64,000 nt of DNA from Balanoglossus misakiensis (Eukaryota > Animalia > Hemichordata): the NCBI GenBank assembly GCA_040954595.2, contig CM082588.2, forward strand, positions 9,656,844 to 9,720,843, in the 5' to 3' direction. The position numbers and the translations under genes are program-made. Positions 45,511 through 57,395 of this stretch are shown one piece after another. The notes below the pieces were generated by a model, which did not search any database, was not told the DNA's origin, and saw only the letters and a list, made by a program, of their open reading frames with translations. Positions within the stretch are counted from its first letter, which is position 1; each line of letters opens with the position of its first letter.

Positions 45511-45931
45511 GTAAGTTTTTTTTGAGTGGGGAGGGGATAGGCCAACAATTGCTTTGCATTTCCTGCCTCAAAAGGGCGCTTACACAAGTTGTATGTGACA
45601 AAAATTACAGCGAGTCACCATGTAAAAAAATAATAAATAAAAGTTATCAGGCACTTTCCAAAGTTACATATTTAGAAAAAAATGAGTTTGTTGTCTCGTG
45701 TGTGATATTTTTGGCTGACAAAACACTAGCGTCTAATGTGGTTACTACATTGTTTGTTTATCAGTATACAGTACTGGTACATATAAACATATGATATGAC
45801 CAAGTTATATGCCAGGTGATATTTATTAAGTTTCACACAATTTTGCTCTCTTGTCGTATATTTTTTTCAAAGCCAACTGTACATGTAATTCAGATGTATT
45901 CATTCAAACACAATGTATCATATTTGTGTTT

Positions 45932-46041
45932 TCAAGCTGGTTGGTCACCATGCCAACAAGCATGTTATAACACACCAGCCGGTTACCAGTGTGGTTGCAG
46001 ACCAGGATTTAAGTTGCACAGAAATCAACAAACATGTGTTG
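45932..46041 (+). pseudogene. cbEGF exon type E4 lacking its acceptor and first codons; same lesion at 55072-55181
   Basis: Comparison with the intact copy at 50338-50460. Confidence 0.8.
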
Positions 46042-46188
46042 GTGATATCTACAATTGGGAGAAAGTAAGATGTAGGTGTTTGTGCAATGTAAGTGTCCAA
46101 TACATGTACATGTATATGTGACACTGAAATTACACATTGTACAGTCAATAATTGGTAAATGTCTATTATTCATGACACAAATCAACAT

Positions 46189-46375
46189 ACAGTCAAACCT
46201 CTGTGACTGGCCACCTCTATTAAACAGCCACCTCTATATAGTGCCCACTTTATTCTAGTCCCTGTGTAATTTATATCTACATTAATTGACTTTTCTACCA
46301 GGTATAATGGCCACCTGTCTATAAAGGCCAGTTTAGGAAAGTCCCTTTACTAGCCATAATGGACAGGTTTGACTG
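46189..46375. mobile_element. Tigger-like MITE (CAGTCAAACC...GGTTTGACTG); copies at about 50612-50797 and 55331-55516, relatives at 11674 and 33008
   Basis: Terminal inverted repeats after TA and internal GGCCACCT repeats. Confidence 0.7.
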
Positions 46376-47227
46376 CACTTGTGTTGATTTCTGTCTGTAA
46401 TACGTGTAACACAATCATAAAATTTTTCATAAAGAGGGCACACTTCCAAAATAAGGTGTCATCTCCAAGCAGACAATGTGAAAAAGGAGGCCGGTAGGTT
46501 ACAGAGTACTGCTCGAGCTCATCTACTTTGTTGTATACATGATACAAGTTGCGTGTAAAACTGACCTTACAATAAAATGTGGCTGTCGAAAGTCTGTCCC
46601 AACTATAGTGTTGATACACAAGACAAAGTTTTTACTCTTTGACCAACTGGCCTCATGTTTGCGTCTTGGAAGGGCACCCTCTTTATGAAAAAGGCATATG
46701 ATATCACTACAAGGAATAAATTAACATGATAGAACATTGCTGATTAATGTCATAGATCATGATAACATGAATGCATAGCAATGTTTTGTTACAATTTGGT
46801 ACATAAAGAAATGGACTACTGTGACAGTATTGACTCTGGGCACTTAGTATACGTAGATGATTCCCAGCCTCAAAATTCTGACTTGCTTCACCGTTGGAAG
46901 AAGTCAGTTTTCAGGTTAACATGTATATTTGTACAGAGTGTGGCATTAGTGAGTGGTTGCATCACATCAATGCATGACAAAAGGTCATCACTGTGTAAGA
47001 CTCAGAAAAAGAATTTGAATACAAATCCTATTAAACAAAATATTCTAAAATTTACATGTTATTTTAACACCTGTTTACTCCTATAAAAGTGAGTGCACGT
47101 GTTTTCGAGGTCTCTTCAATTCAGAAGCCACTGTGTAGGCCTTAGTTGGTGCATGCAGCGCGTAGACTTAGAAATTAAGTTTGGTTCAACTCAAACGCTT
47201 CAAGTCCAGTTGACCATCTCACACTTC

Positions 47228-47307
47228 TGGCACTGGTGGGATTCAAACCAACGCCATCGAAATGACTGCAGGTGCCTAAAACCCCTTGACTGTAGGACAC
47301 AAATGCC
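47228..47307 (-). pseudogene. Degenerate tRNA-Leu(UAG)-derived sequence (pseudogene or SINE head); copy at 56356-56435
   Basis: Minus strand reads TTTAGGC...CAGTCATTTCGATGGCGTTGGTTTGAATCCCACCAGTGCCA, matching the anticodon loop, variable arm and T-arm of tRNA-Leu(TAG). The D arm is decayed. Confidence 0.65.
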
Positions 47308-47519
47308 TGACAGTGATATAACTATGTTATAATGTTACATCGACAATACATAAGTTTGGGGATATGTTGTCTCAAATGATCAAATTGAGACAAATTATCC
47401 CCATCTTGTTATAATCTGAGCCCAGGTGTCTTTGGTGTGAGATTCCAGTAGTCAAGAGTAGGCTTATCTTGAATAATGTAATGCTTGTAAATTATTTCGA
47501 ATTTCTTTTTACCCTCCAG

Positions 47520-47642
47520 ATATGAATGAATGTCACAGTGGTGGAAATGCGTGCCAACACTATTGTCAGAATACCCATGGTAGTTATTGCTGCGCTTGCA
47601 GACAAGGCTTCAATGTGCTGGAGGATGGCCATGCATGTGCAG
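47520..47642 (+). pseudogene. cbEGF exon type E1, open (DMNECHSGGNACQHYCQNTHGSYCCACRQGFNVLEDGHACA); copy at 56648-56770
   Basis: 123-nt phase 1-1 exon with the cbEGF consensus. Confidence 0.85.
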
Positions 47643-48310
47643 GTATGTAACTGTGGATATTGATCTCTTCTGTGGCTACACTGTTTGGGGATTGCATATT
47701 GCTATGGTTACAATAAAACATGCATCCTGTCTGTCCATTGCACACATTTTAAAATTTGAAATCAACCGCACACTCGTACTGAACACATGTTTGTTGAAAT
47801 TGTATCTCAGAATTTTTCCATTTATAATTATGCATAATATAAACAAATTAACAAATGTGAAAACTTATCTTTGAAAATTTGTTTGCAAGGGTGAAAAATT
47901 AATCTGTTGTTTTAAAAATCAGACAAAGTTTTGCTGACAGGGTACAAGAGTTTCAGGGGATTTTGTTAAAATGAGAATGATAGAGAGTGTTAAAATTCGT
48001 AGATTCTGAGATTGCCATGGATATTGAGGACTTTGACGTAAAAACAATCAACTGATCAAGAAATATGTGGTTAAGTATATGTGTGATCAACCTCACACTA
48101 TACTATAAGACTGTCTGATATATTTATGCACAAGTACAATGTATTTTCACTACTTATATGCATAACTCAATCAAATTAACATAATTTATCGACCTATAGC
48201 TAAATAAATTACCACAGCAAGGAATAAATATTCACTTAGAAAATTCATATAGTTTTCATCTCATTTTAAAGACATTATAAATGCTTCTCCGAGGGGTACA
48301 ATAATTTTTA

Positions 48311-48831
48311 GGGTAAGTCTAATTCAAGATTCACGTTTCAAGATTCACGTTTCATGTTCCACAGCCCAAGATTCATATTCTGATTCAGATTCTAGTCTTG
48401 TCTAATATGTTTATGCTGCCGTAACCAGGGGTGTGAAGCAAGGTTCCCCAAATATTCTGTTCGATTATCGCGTGACGTCATTGTCGGGTATCTTGTCAAG
48501 TTCAGTTTCAACAACATTTTTCAAAGAGAGATGCACCCTATTTATTATTTTCTAACACATGAATGACCCTAGGCCTGAGATCGCACCATGGCCGGCAATC
48601 TTAGTATTCACAGATACTTTTAAGCGTAATTCTGATATAATTGATAGGTTTAGGTATATTTTACAACCGATAACTTAAGCAAAGGACTAATTCCTATATT
48701 CTGAATCAAGTGAAAGCAATGTAGATGGCGAAAGGATGTGACAAGACTCGAATCTGAATCAGAATATGAATCTTGGGCTGTGGAACGTGAAACGTGAAAC
48801 TTGAAACGTGAATCTTGAATTAGGCTTACCC
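48311..48831. mobile_element. Uninterrupted paralog of the Mutator-like MITE
   Basis: Same TIRs, same TAATTTTTA TSD and flanks; 521 bp. Confidence 0.88.
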
Positions 48832-49222
48832 TAATTTTTAATGGGTATATTCTTGATAACTCATCACCATGAATGATCATTTCAAAACTTAACAAGGCAT
48901 ATGGCTAAAGAGGATTCAGTGTTTGTGCACCTTCTATCTGCAATGCTGGATCTATTGACAGTTTTCAAAGGGGTTTAAAGACTCGTCTTTTTATTCAGTA
49001 CTTTCTATTTCATTCCATTGCTTTTTTGGTTAATAGGGACTGTCTTTCAGAACTCTTTGGTTTGTTTCGTGTTTTTAAGTGTAATTTATTATCCTTTAAG
49101 CTTTCACTTGTTTTCTAATTTTATTATTTTCTGTAGAAAATGCACTGAGATGTATGTGTATTATGTTTGTCAGGAAATAAATAATAATAAAATTAAAAAT
49201 AATAAACTATCTTTGATTTCAG

Positions 49223-49339
49223 ATGTCAATGAATGTATGGAGAGAGCAGATCTTTGTGAAGGCCAGTGTGTGAATACAGCAGGCTCTTTTTATTGCACTT
49301 GTGTTGTGGGATATTGATTGGTCAATGGAGAGTGTACAG
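49223..49339 (+). pseudogene. cbEGF exon type E2 copy with TGA
   Basis: Identical translation to 44052-44168. Confidence 0.85.
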
Positions 49340-50337
49340 GTAAGACCAGCACAATATGTGGGCAACGAAAGGTCCTGTATCTGTAACTTTTGAATTTTTA
49401 TTCAATATTATTCTGGGTGTCACCCATCATTTCTTGTTCAGCTCGGTGAAGCTAGGTAAGCAATGTTGTTATTGTTTAAACATTGTATTCAAGCCTGGGT
49501 CTGGACTTGGTTGCAATTTGTCAATAATAACAGTGATTGGTAACTGCATGTTTACATAACTGGCTAAGTGTTAAAGAGACCAGCTGTTCTTTTTGCTGTG
49601 TGTACAGTACACATGCCATTGGCAGCTTATGGCTCAGTCAGTGATTGCCTGTTGATTTCTCTATGTGTGTGTGTCTGTCTGTCTGTATATGTACTCCGGT
49701 GTAGACTTTTTTATTGTGTTATCCCTGAATGGGACCACTGTGTCCTTAACGCGATGTTTTACACTCAGCAGCGATATTTTGTCTAACACGAGCAAAAATA
49801 TCCCCAACTCGTCTGAGAAATCTTATCCCAGGTCCTAAGGTTGTGAGATTTATGGAATCTCACACTCCCAAGGACTTAGGAGTGCAGATCATGTCAATTG
49901 TTTAGGTAATTTTTTTTTATTGGGGAGGAGATAGGCCAAAATGGCTTGTCATTTCAAAAGGGCGCTTACACAAGTTGTAAGTGGCAAAGATTACAGCGAG
50001 TCACCTTGTAAAAAAAATAATAAATAAAAGTTATCAGGCACTTTCCAAAGTTACACATTTAAAAAACTTGAGTTTGTTGTCTCATGTGTGATATTTTTGG
50101 CTTGCAGAACACTGGCTTATTAAATGTAATGTGGTTACTACATTGTTTGTTAATCAGTTTACAGTACTGGTACAGATAAACATATGATATGACCAAGTTA
50201 TATGCCAGATGATATTTATTAAGTTTCACACAAAATTGCTCTCTTGTCGTATATTTTTCAAATGTGCACTCAAAGACAACTGTAATTCAGATGTATTCAT
50301 TCAAACACAATTTATCATATTTGTGTTTTCCCCACAG

Positions 50338-50460
50338 ATGACAATGAGTGCGATCAAGCTGGTTGGTCACCGTGCCATGTATGTTACAACACACCAGCCA
50401 GTTACCAGTGTGGTTGTAGACCAGGATTTAAGTTGCACAGAAATCAACATACATGTGTTG
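50338..50460 (+). pseudogene. cbEGF exon type E4, open ([41 protein letters not shown])
   Basis: CCCACAG acceptor, GTGAGT donor, 123 nt. Confidence 0.85.
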
Positions 50461-51849
50461 GTGAGTATCTACAATTTGGAGAGAAAGTAAGATGTATGTG
50501 TTTGTACTATGTAAGTGTCTAATACATGTACATGTATATGTGAAACTGAAATCATACATTGTACAGTCAGTCATTGGTAAATGTCTGCTATTCATGACAC
50601 AAATCAACATACAGTCAAACATGTCTGAGTGGCCACCTCTATGAAACAGCCACATATATATAGTGGCCACTTTATTCTGGTCCCTGTGTAATTTATATCT
50701 ACATTAATTGACTTTTCTACCAGGTATAATGGCCACCTGTCTATAAAGGCCAGTTTAGGAAAGTCCCTTCACTAGCCATAATGGGCAGGTTTGACTGCAC
50801 TTGTGTTAATTTCTGTCTGTTATACATGTAACAGAACACTTCATGAATCATGACATTATAGGCTTTTTCATAAAGAGGGCACACTTCCAAAATAAGGTGT
50901 CATCTCCAAGCAGACAATGTGAAAAAGGAGGCTCATCTAGTTTGTTGTATACATGATACAAGTTGCGTGTAAAACTGACCTTACAATAAAATGTGGCTGT
51001 GGAAAGTCAGTCCCAACTATAGTGTAGATACACAAGACAATTGAGTTTTTACTCTGGCCTCGTGCTCGCGTCTTGGAAGGGTAACATGACTGCATAGCAA
51101 TGTTTTATTACAATTTGATATATAGAGAAATGGACTACTGTGACAGTATTAACTCTGGGAACTATGTAAATGATTCCCAGCCTCAAAATTCTGACTGTCT
51201 ACAATTATATTTTTTAGCATTTTTGTTGTGTATATCAACTGCACTTTCAAGTACAGTCAAACCCGTTTAACACCAAAGGGACTGAAGAAATTATTCAGAT
51301 TGCAGGTGTCCAATTTAAATTTTCTCTCCTGTCACAAAAATTGCATGGGAATTCTAATTCTAAAAGGAAAACTCATTTGATAAAAGATCTCAAAGTCAAG
51401 TTTTGGATGTGGCTCCAGTTCAAGTATTGTTTGTGATTAATTTTCTGGAGTTCAAGTCTGTATACTTAAAGTAGAGTTGGTCACATGGACTTGGGTAATC
51501 TGAGTGTGGTCAGAAATCGAACTTACACACATTGATTGAGTTAAGAACATGTCTGGTGTATTACTGTAATATGACTAGATACTGCAAATGCATAAACAAT
51601 AAGCGTATGTTAAAATACACAGTTTTCATTGATATATCTGATTCACAAAATTAAATACACATGTTCATTAAAACCCACTATGATAGAGCGCCCCACTGTT
51701 CAGAATGTCAGTTTTGAAGTCCTACATCTATGACGTCATGCCTAGCTGTCAATGTTAACTGATATGTACTTGTACTACTAGTAAATGGAAGTACTTTAAA
51801 GTAAAACTCAGATGCAAGGGTTTTGTAAAATAAATATAATATTAAAACG

Positions 51850-52500
51850 TTGCCATCATTTTAGTCCTTTGGAACAGCGGTCCAATTGACTAATGTGATC
51901 ACTCTGTGTGCGGCATATGGCATATTAAGCATTTAGCATTTTTCAATCAGAAGCCGTTAATCCTGTGATTAATTCTGCTTCTTGCAACATTGATTTTAAA
52001 TCACCACACATGAATATTTTTGTCCAAAGGACTGTGGTGCCCAAGTTTTTATGATGAGATAAACAAAAGTGAAATTCACTGAAGAAGTGAGTGAGCACTT
52101 GCCCTATCATTGTTCAATGTAGGTGACCACCAAACTCAGCAAGGAGAATTCATTTGACGCCTTGAGCATACCAACAACAACCAATGTATTGAAAATACTT
52201 TCTGAAACCTTTCAGTCGATGTTGCTTGATGTATATTGTATGACTGGACTCGATCATTAGGTTTTTTTGCATTGACATTTTCAACAGCGTATCAAACTAT
52301 TTTTTATTTGAGTTCATCATCGTAGTGATGGTACGTGCCATGCTTTTGTTTCTTCGTGTGTGAAGTGACATCATTGTTGACAGTTACAATCTGATCAGGT
52401 GACATGCCACATTGGTATATTTTGTCAACATCAACAGTATTGTTTTAATGTGGTTGACAGACATCACTTGGGGTTGGATAAAGTGCTTTCTGAGCGATAT
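51850..52500 (-). pseudogene. Highly decayed pogo/Tigger-like transposase fossil; paralog at about 63070-63800
   Basis: Fragments such as LLAEFGGHL, VQSY and NTLVVV resemble pogo CENP-B HTH regions. A TA-CAGTCAAACC end lies at about 51254. Many stops. Confidence 0.35.
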
Positions 52501-53082
52501 TATAACGGCAGCTATCAAGAATGTAAAAAATATTGAAAACAGGCCATATCCTTAGCATTCCCTTTCATATTGTGTCTGCATTGCAATTGGTGATGTACAA
52601 AGTCCTTTTGACAACATGCATGGCTGGTTTGTTGTTGTTTTTTGTAAGAAACAAGTCTTTGATTTCCTGACTGCTAATTGCTGTCTTTGTACTACACTTC
52701 TAGTAATATCTCCATTTCTAGCTTTGCACCTCACATTTAATGAATAGACTTGTGGATGTTTTGACACTTCTTGACAATGAAAGTGTATGGTTGCAGTGAT
52801 CAAATGATAGACAAATCAAAGGAACAAAGAGTGACTTTTCATTCTTTTGAGAACCTTGCATTCTTATATTTAAATGCTTGCCCACTGGCCCCAGGTGTAA
52901 AATAGCAAAATTTTATCCATTTACTATATTAAAAAAATATTGTGCCAAAGAGTTGGAAGTCCAAATATCTTTACTTAATAATTTAATACTTTAATAATTA
53001 CTCACAGTTTCCCTTAAGGTTTGGCCAACCTCTGGTGAAAGGATGACTTGTGATATAGTGTTTTAAATTGGAATATAATATG

Positions 53083-53525
53083 AGGTTATTACGAAAATAC
53101 CGCAAAGTATGCACAAGGACATTAGCGCCAAGTATCTCCCGACGCGTAGCGGAGGGTGATGCGCTGCGCTAATGTCCGAGTGCATACTTTGCGGTATTTT
53201 TGTAATAACCTTATTATTATACATCTTACATTTCCGTTAGTTCTTGTGTTGCATGTTACTTGGCTTTTAAAACGCCCAAAAAGCCGATACAATCGATCGT
53301 AAACCGCTCAGCTGAAACAGTGAGCAGCCTTCTTTCTTTTTTGTTTACGTGCGTTGGAGCGGGGGTGTCTTGAAACCCTCTGCATAACAACACATACCTG
53401 TACAAAGTGAGTTGGGGTGCCTTGAAACTTGGGGCGTATTTAACACGCGTTACGTATGTACTATTCCGTACAGCTTTTTTAGTGCACGCTAAATTCTACT
53501 GTTCTCGGTGCCAGATGTATAATAA
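53083..53525. mobile_element. Second palindromic non-autonomous element (Crypton-like by inference)
   Basis: 130-bp palindrome at 53083-53212 centred on CGCGTAGCG, followed by inverted pair TTATTATACATCT...AGATGTATAATAA. Confidence 0.6.
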
Positions 53526-54525
53526 ATACATATATTTTAAATATTTCATATTTTCAATCTAAAAGTAGGAGCTGCTTCCTCAAAATATAATTGACTGTCA
53601 GAATGAAAGGCAAGCAATTCAGGCAAGTTAACTCTAACACAACAACTCTTCAATTAAATAATTGACATCAGACAACCACAAAGGCGATATTCAATTAATT
53701 TGTATGAATTCAAATGCAGTTAACAGATTTAAAATTACTGGTAGGCGTAGATTTTGTCAGCGTTTTCCTTCATGAGTTACTTTGCGATTAGTTTGTTCTG
53801 TGTAGTTGAATTGAACAGTGTTTGGTCTGTTCATAGTACTGTACAAGTGTCATATTTCTCACATGAGTTGGGGATTTTCTGTCCCAAACAAGCTGCAGGC
53901 GAATGTGGGACAAAATATCAATGACGAGTGTGAGAAATATGATCCCGGGTCCTTGGTGTATGAGATTATATTTCTCACACGGCTACAAATTAGCCAAATT
54001 CGTTAAATAAATGACTCTTGAACTGTCATCTGGCACATTGTAGATTCTGTATCGCGTCATTGGATAACATTTAGCACATGTTGTTAAAGAACTCTTTGTC
54101 ATCCAATCACCGCTCGCATCATATACAGCTTTCGATTCAGTGAGAATGTGGGATTGATTTGTTCTCACACTCTTATCCAACACTCTCAGCATGCCAGGAG
54201 TGTGAGAATCTATTACGAGTTTGAAATCTTAGGTGAAGAGTTTATCAATTTCACTGCCAACCCTGTAGGGCATTCTGGGATATGTGTTCATGCCAAAGCA
54301 CAAACAGCCATGACCTGACAGCTCAGTTTGTAGATCATTTCTACAAATCCACAAAGAGACTCAAAGTTTAGAAATGTTGTGTCGGTTAGAAATATTAGAC
54401 GTATCACTGTTAATACTTTATTTCAAAGCCATGTGAATTTGTTCACATTAGGGAAATTTTTAAAGGAAGGGAGGATTGGTATTGACTTGAATAATTACAA
54501 TGGATGTTTTGTTCTCTATTTTCAG

Positions 54526-56770
54526 ATGTGAATAATGCGTGTTCAGATTCTGTTTGTGCTGGAGGGTGTCTAAATGCAGAGGGTGGATTCAGCTGTAGTT
54601 GTGGTGATGATGGTTTCTCTCTGAGTGCAGATCATGTCAATTGTTTAGGTAAGTTTTTTTTTGAGTGGGGAGGGGATAGGCCAACAATTGCTTTGCATTT
54701 CCTGCCTCAAAAGGGCGCTTACACAAGTTGTATGTGACAAAGATTACAGCGAGTCACCATGTAAAAAAATAATAAATAAAAGTTATCAGGCACTTTCCAA
54801 AGTTACACATTTAGAAAAAAATGAGTTTGTTGTCTCGTGTGTGATATTTTTGGCTAACAAAACACTAGCTTCTAATGTGGTTACTACATTGTTTGTTTAT
54901 CAGTATACAGTACTGGTACAGATAAACATATGATATGACCAAGTTATATGCCAGATGATATTTATCAAGTTTCACACAATTTTGCTCTCTTGTCGTATAT
55001 TTTTTTTCAAAGCCAACTGTACATGTAATTCAGATGTATTCATTCAAACACAATTTATCATATTTGTGTTTTCAAGCTGGTTGGTCACCATGCCAACAAG
55101 CATGTTATAACACACCAACCAGTTACCAGTGTGGTTGCAGACCAGGATTTAAGTTGCACAGAAATCAACAAACATGTGTTGGTGAGTATCTACAATTGGG
55201 AGAAAGTAAGATGTAGGTGTTTGTGCAATGTAAGTGTCCAATACATGTACATGTATATGTGACACTGAAATTACACATTGTACAGTCAATAATTGGTAAA
55301 TGTCTATTATTCATGACACAAATCAACATACAGTCAAACCTCTGTGACTGGCCACCTCTATTAAACAGCCACCTCTATATAGTGCCCACTTTATTCTAGT
55401 CCCTGTGTAATTTATATCTACATTAATTGACTTTTCTACCAGGTATAATGGCCACCTGTCTATAAAGGCCAGTTTAGGAAAGTCCCTTCACTAGCCATAA
55501 TGGACAGGCTTGACTGCACTAATGTGTTGATTTCTGTCTGTAATACGTGTAACACAATCATAAAATTTTTCATAAAGAGGGCACACTTCCAAAATAAGGT
55601 GTCATCTCCAAGCAGACAATGTGAAAAAGGAGGCCGGTAGGTTACAGAGTACTGCTCGAGCTCATCTACTTTGTTGTATACATGATACAAGTTGCGTGTA
55701 AAACTGACCTTACAATAAAATGTGGCTGTCGAAAGTCTGTCCCAACTATAGTGTTGATACACAAGACAAAGTTTTTACTCTTTGACCAACTGGCCTCATG
55801 TTTGCGTCTTGGAAGGGCACCCTCTTTATGAAAAAGGCATATGATATCACTACAAGGAATAAATTAACATGATAGAACATTGCTGATTAATGTCATAGAT
55901 CATGATAACATGAATGCATAGCAATGTTTTGTTACAATTTGGTACATAAAGAAATGGACTACTGTGACAGTATTGACTCTGGGCACTTAGTATACGTAGA
56001 TGATTCCCAGCCTCAAAATTCTGACTTGCTTCACCGTTGGAAGAAGTCAGTTTTCAGGTTAACATGTATATTTGTACAGAGTGTGGCATTAGTGAGTGGT
56101 TGCATCACATCAATGCATGACAAAAGGTCATCACTGTGTAAGACTCAGAAAAAGAATTTGAATACAAATCCTATTAAACAAAATATTCTAAAATTTACAT
56201 GTTATTTTAACACCTGTTTACTCCTATAAAAGTGAGTGCACGTGTTTTCGAGGTCTCTTCAATCCAGAAGCCACTGTATAGGCCTTAGTTGGTGCATGTA
56301 GCTCCTAGACTTAGAAATAAAGACGCCTCAAGTCCAGTTGACCATCTCACACTTCTGGCACTGGTGGGATTCAAACCAACGCCATCGAAATGACTGCAGG
56401 TGTCTAAAACCCCTTGACTGTAGGACACAAATGCCTGACAGTGATATAACTATGTTACAATGTTACGTCGACACTACATAAGTTTGGGGATATGTTGTCT
56501 CAAATGATGAAATTGAGAAAAATTATCCCCATCTTGTTATAATCTGAGCCCAGTTGTCTTTGGTGTGAGATTCCAGTAGTTAAGAGTAGGCTTATCTTGA
56601 ATAATGTAATGCTTGTAAATAATTTATAATTTCTTCTTACCCTCCAGATATGAATAAATGTCACAGTTGTGGAAATGCGTGTCAACACTATTGTCAGAAT
56701 ACCCATGGTAGTTATTGCTGCGCTTGCAGACAAGGCTTCAATGTGCTGGAGGATGGCCATGCATGTGCAG
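54526..56770 (+). pseudogene. Repeat of cbEGF exons E3 (54526-54648), E4 (55072-55181) and E1 (56648-56770)
   Basis: Segment 53850-57000 is a close paralog of 44710-47870. Confidence 0.82.
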
Positions 56771-57395
56771 GTATGTAACTGTGGATATTGATCTCTTCTG
56801 TGGCTACACTGTTTGGGGATTGTATATTGCTATGGTTACAATAAAACATGCATCCTGTCTGTCCATTGCACACATTTTAAAATTTGAAATCAACCGCACA
56901 CTCGTACTGAACACATGTTTGTTGAAATTGTATCTCAGAAATTTTCCAATTATAATTATGCATAATATAAACAAATTAACAAATGTGAAAACTTAGCATT
57001 GAAAATTTGTTTGCAAGGGTGAAAAAGTAATCTGTATTTTAAAAATCAGACAAAGTTTTGCTGACAGGGTACACAAGTTTCAGGGGATTTTGTCAAAATG
57101 AGAATGATAGAGAGTGTTAAAATTCCTAGAAAGAGATTGCCATGGATATTGAGGACTTTGGTGTAAAAACAATCAACTGATCAATTAATATAATTATGTG
57201 GTTACGAATATGTGTCATCAACCTCACCTTCTATCCGCAATGCTGGATCTATAGACAGTTTTAAAAGGGGTTTAAAAACTCGTCTTTTTATTCTGCACAA
57301 TTTCATTCCATTGCTTTTTTTGGTTTAAAGGGAATGTCTTTCAGAACTGTTTTGGTTTCTTTGGGGTTTTTAAGTGTAATTTTTTTATCCTTTAA

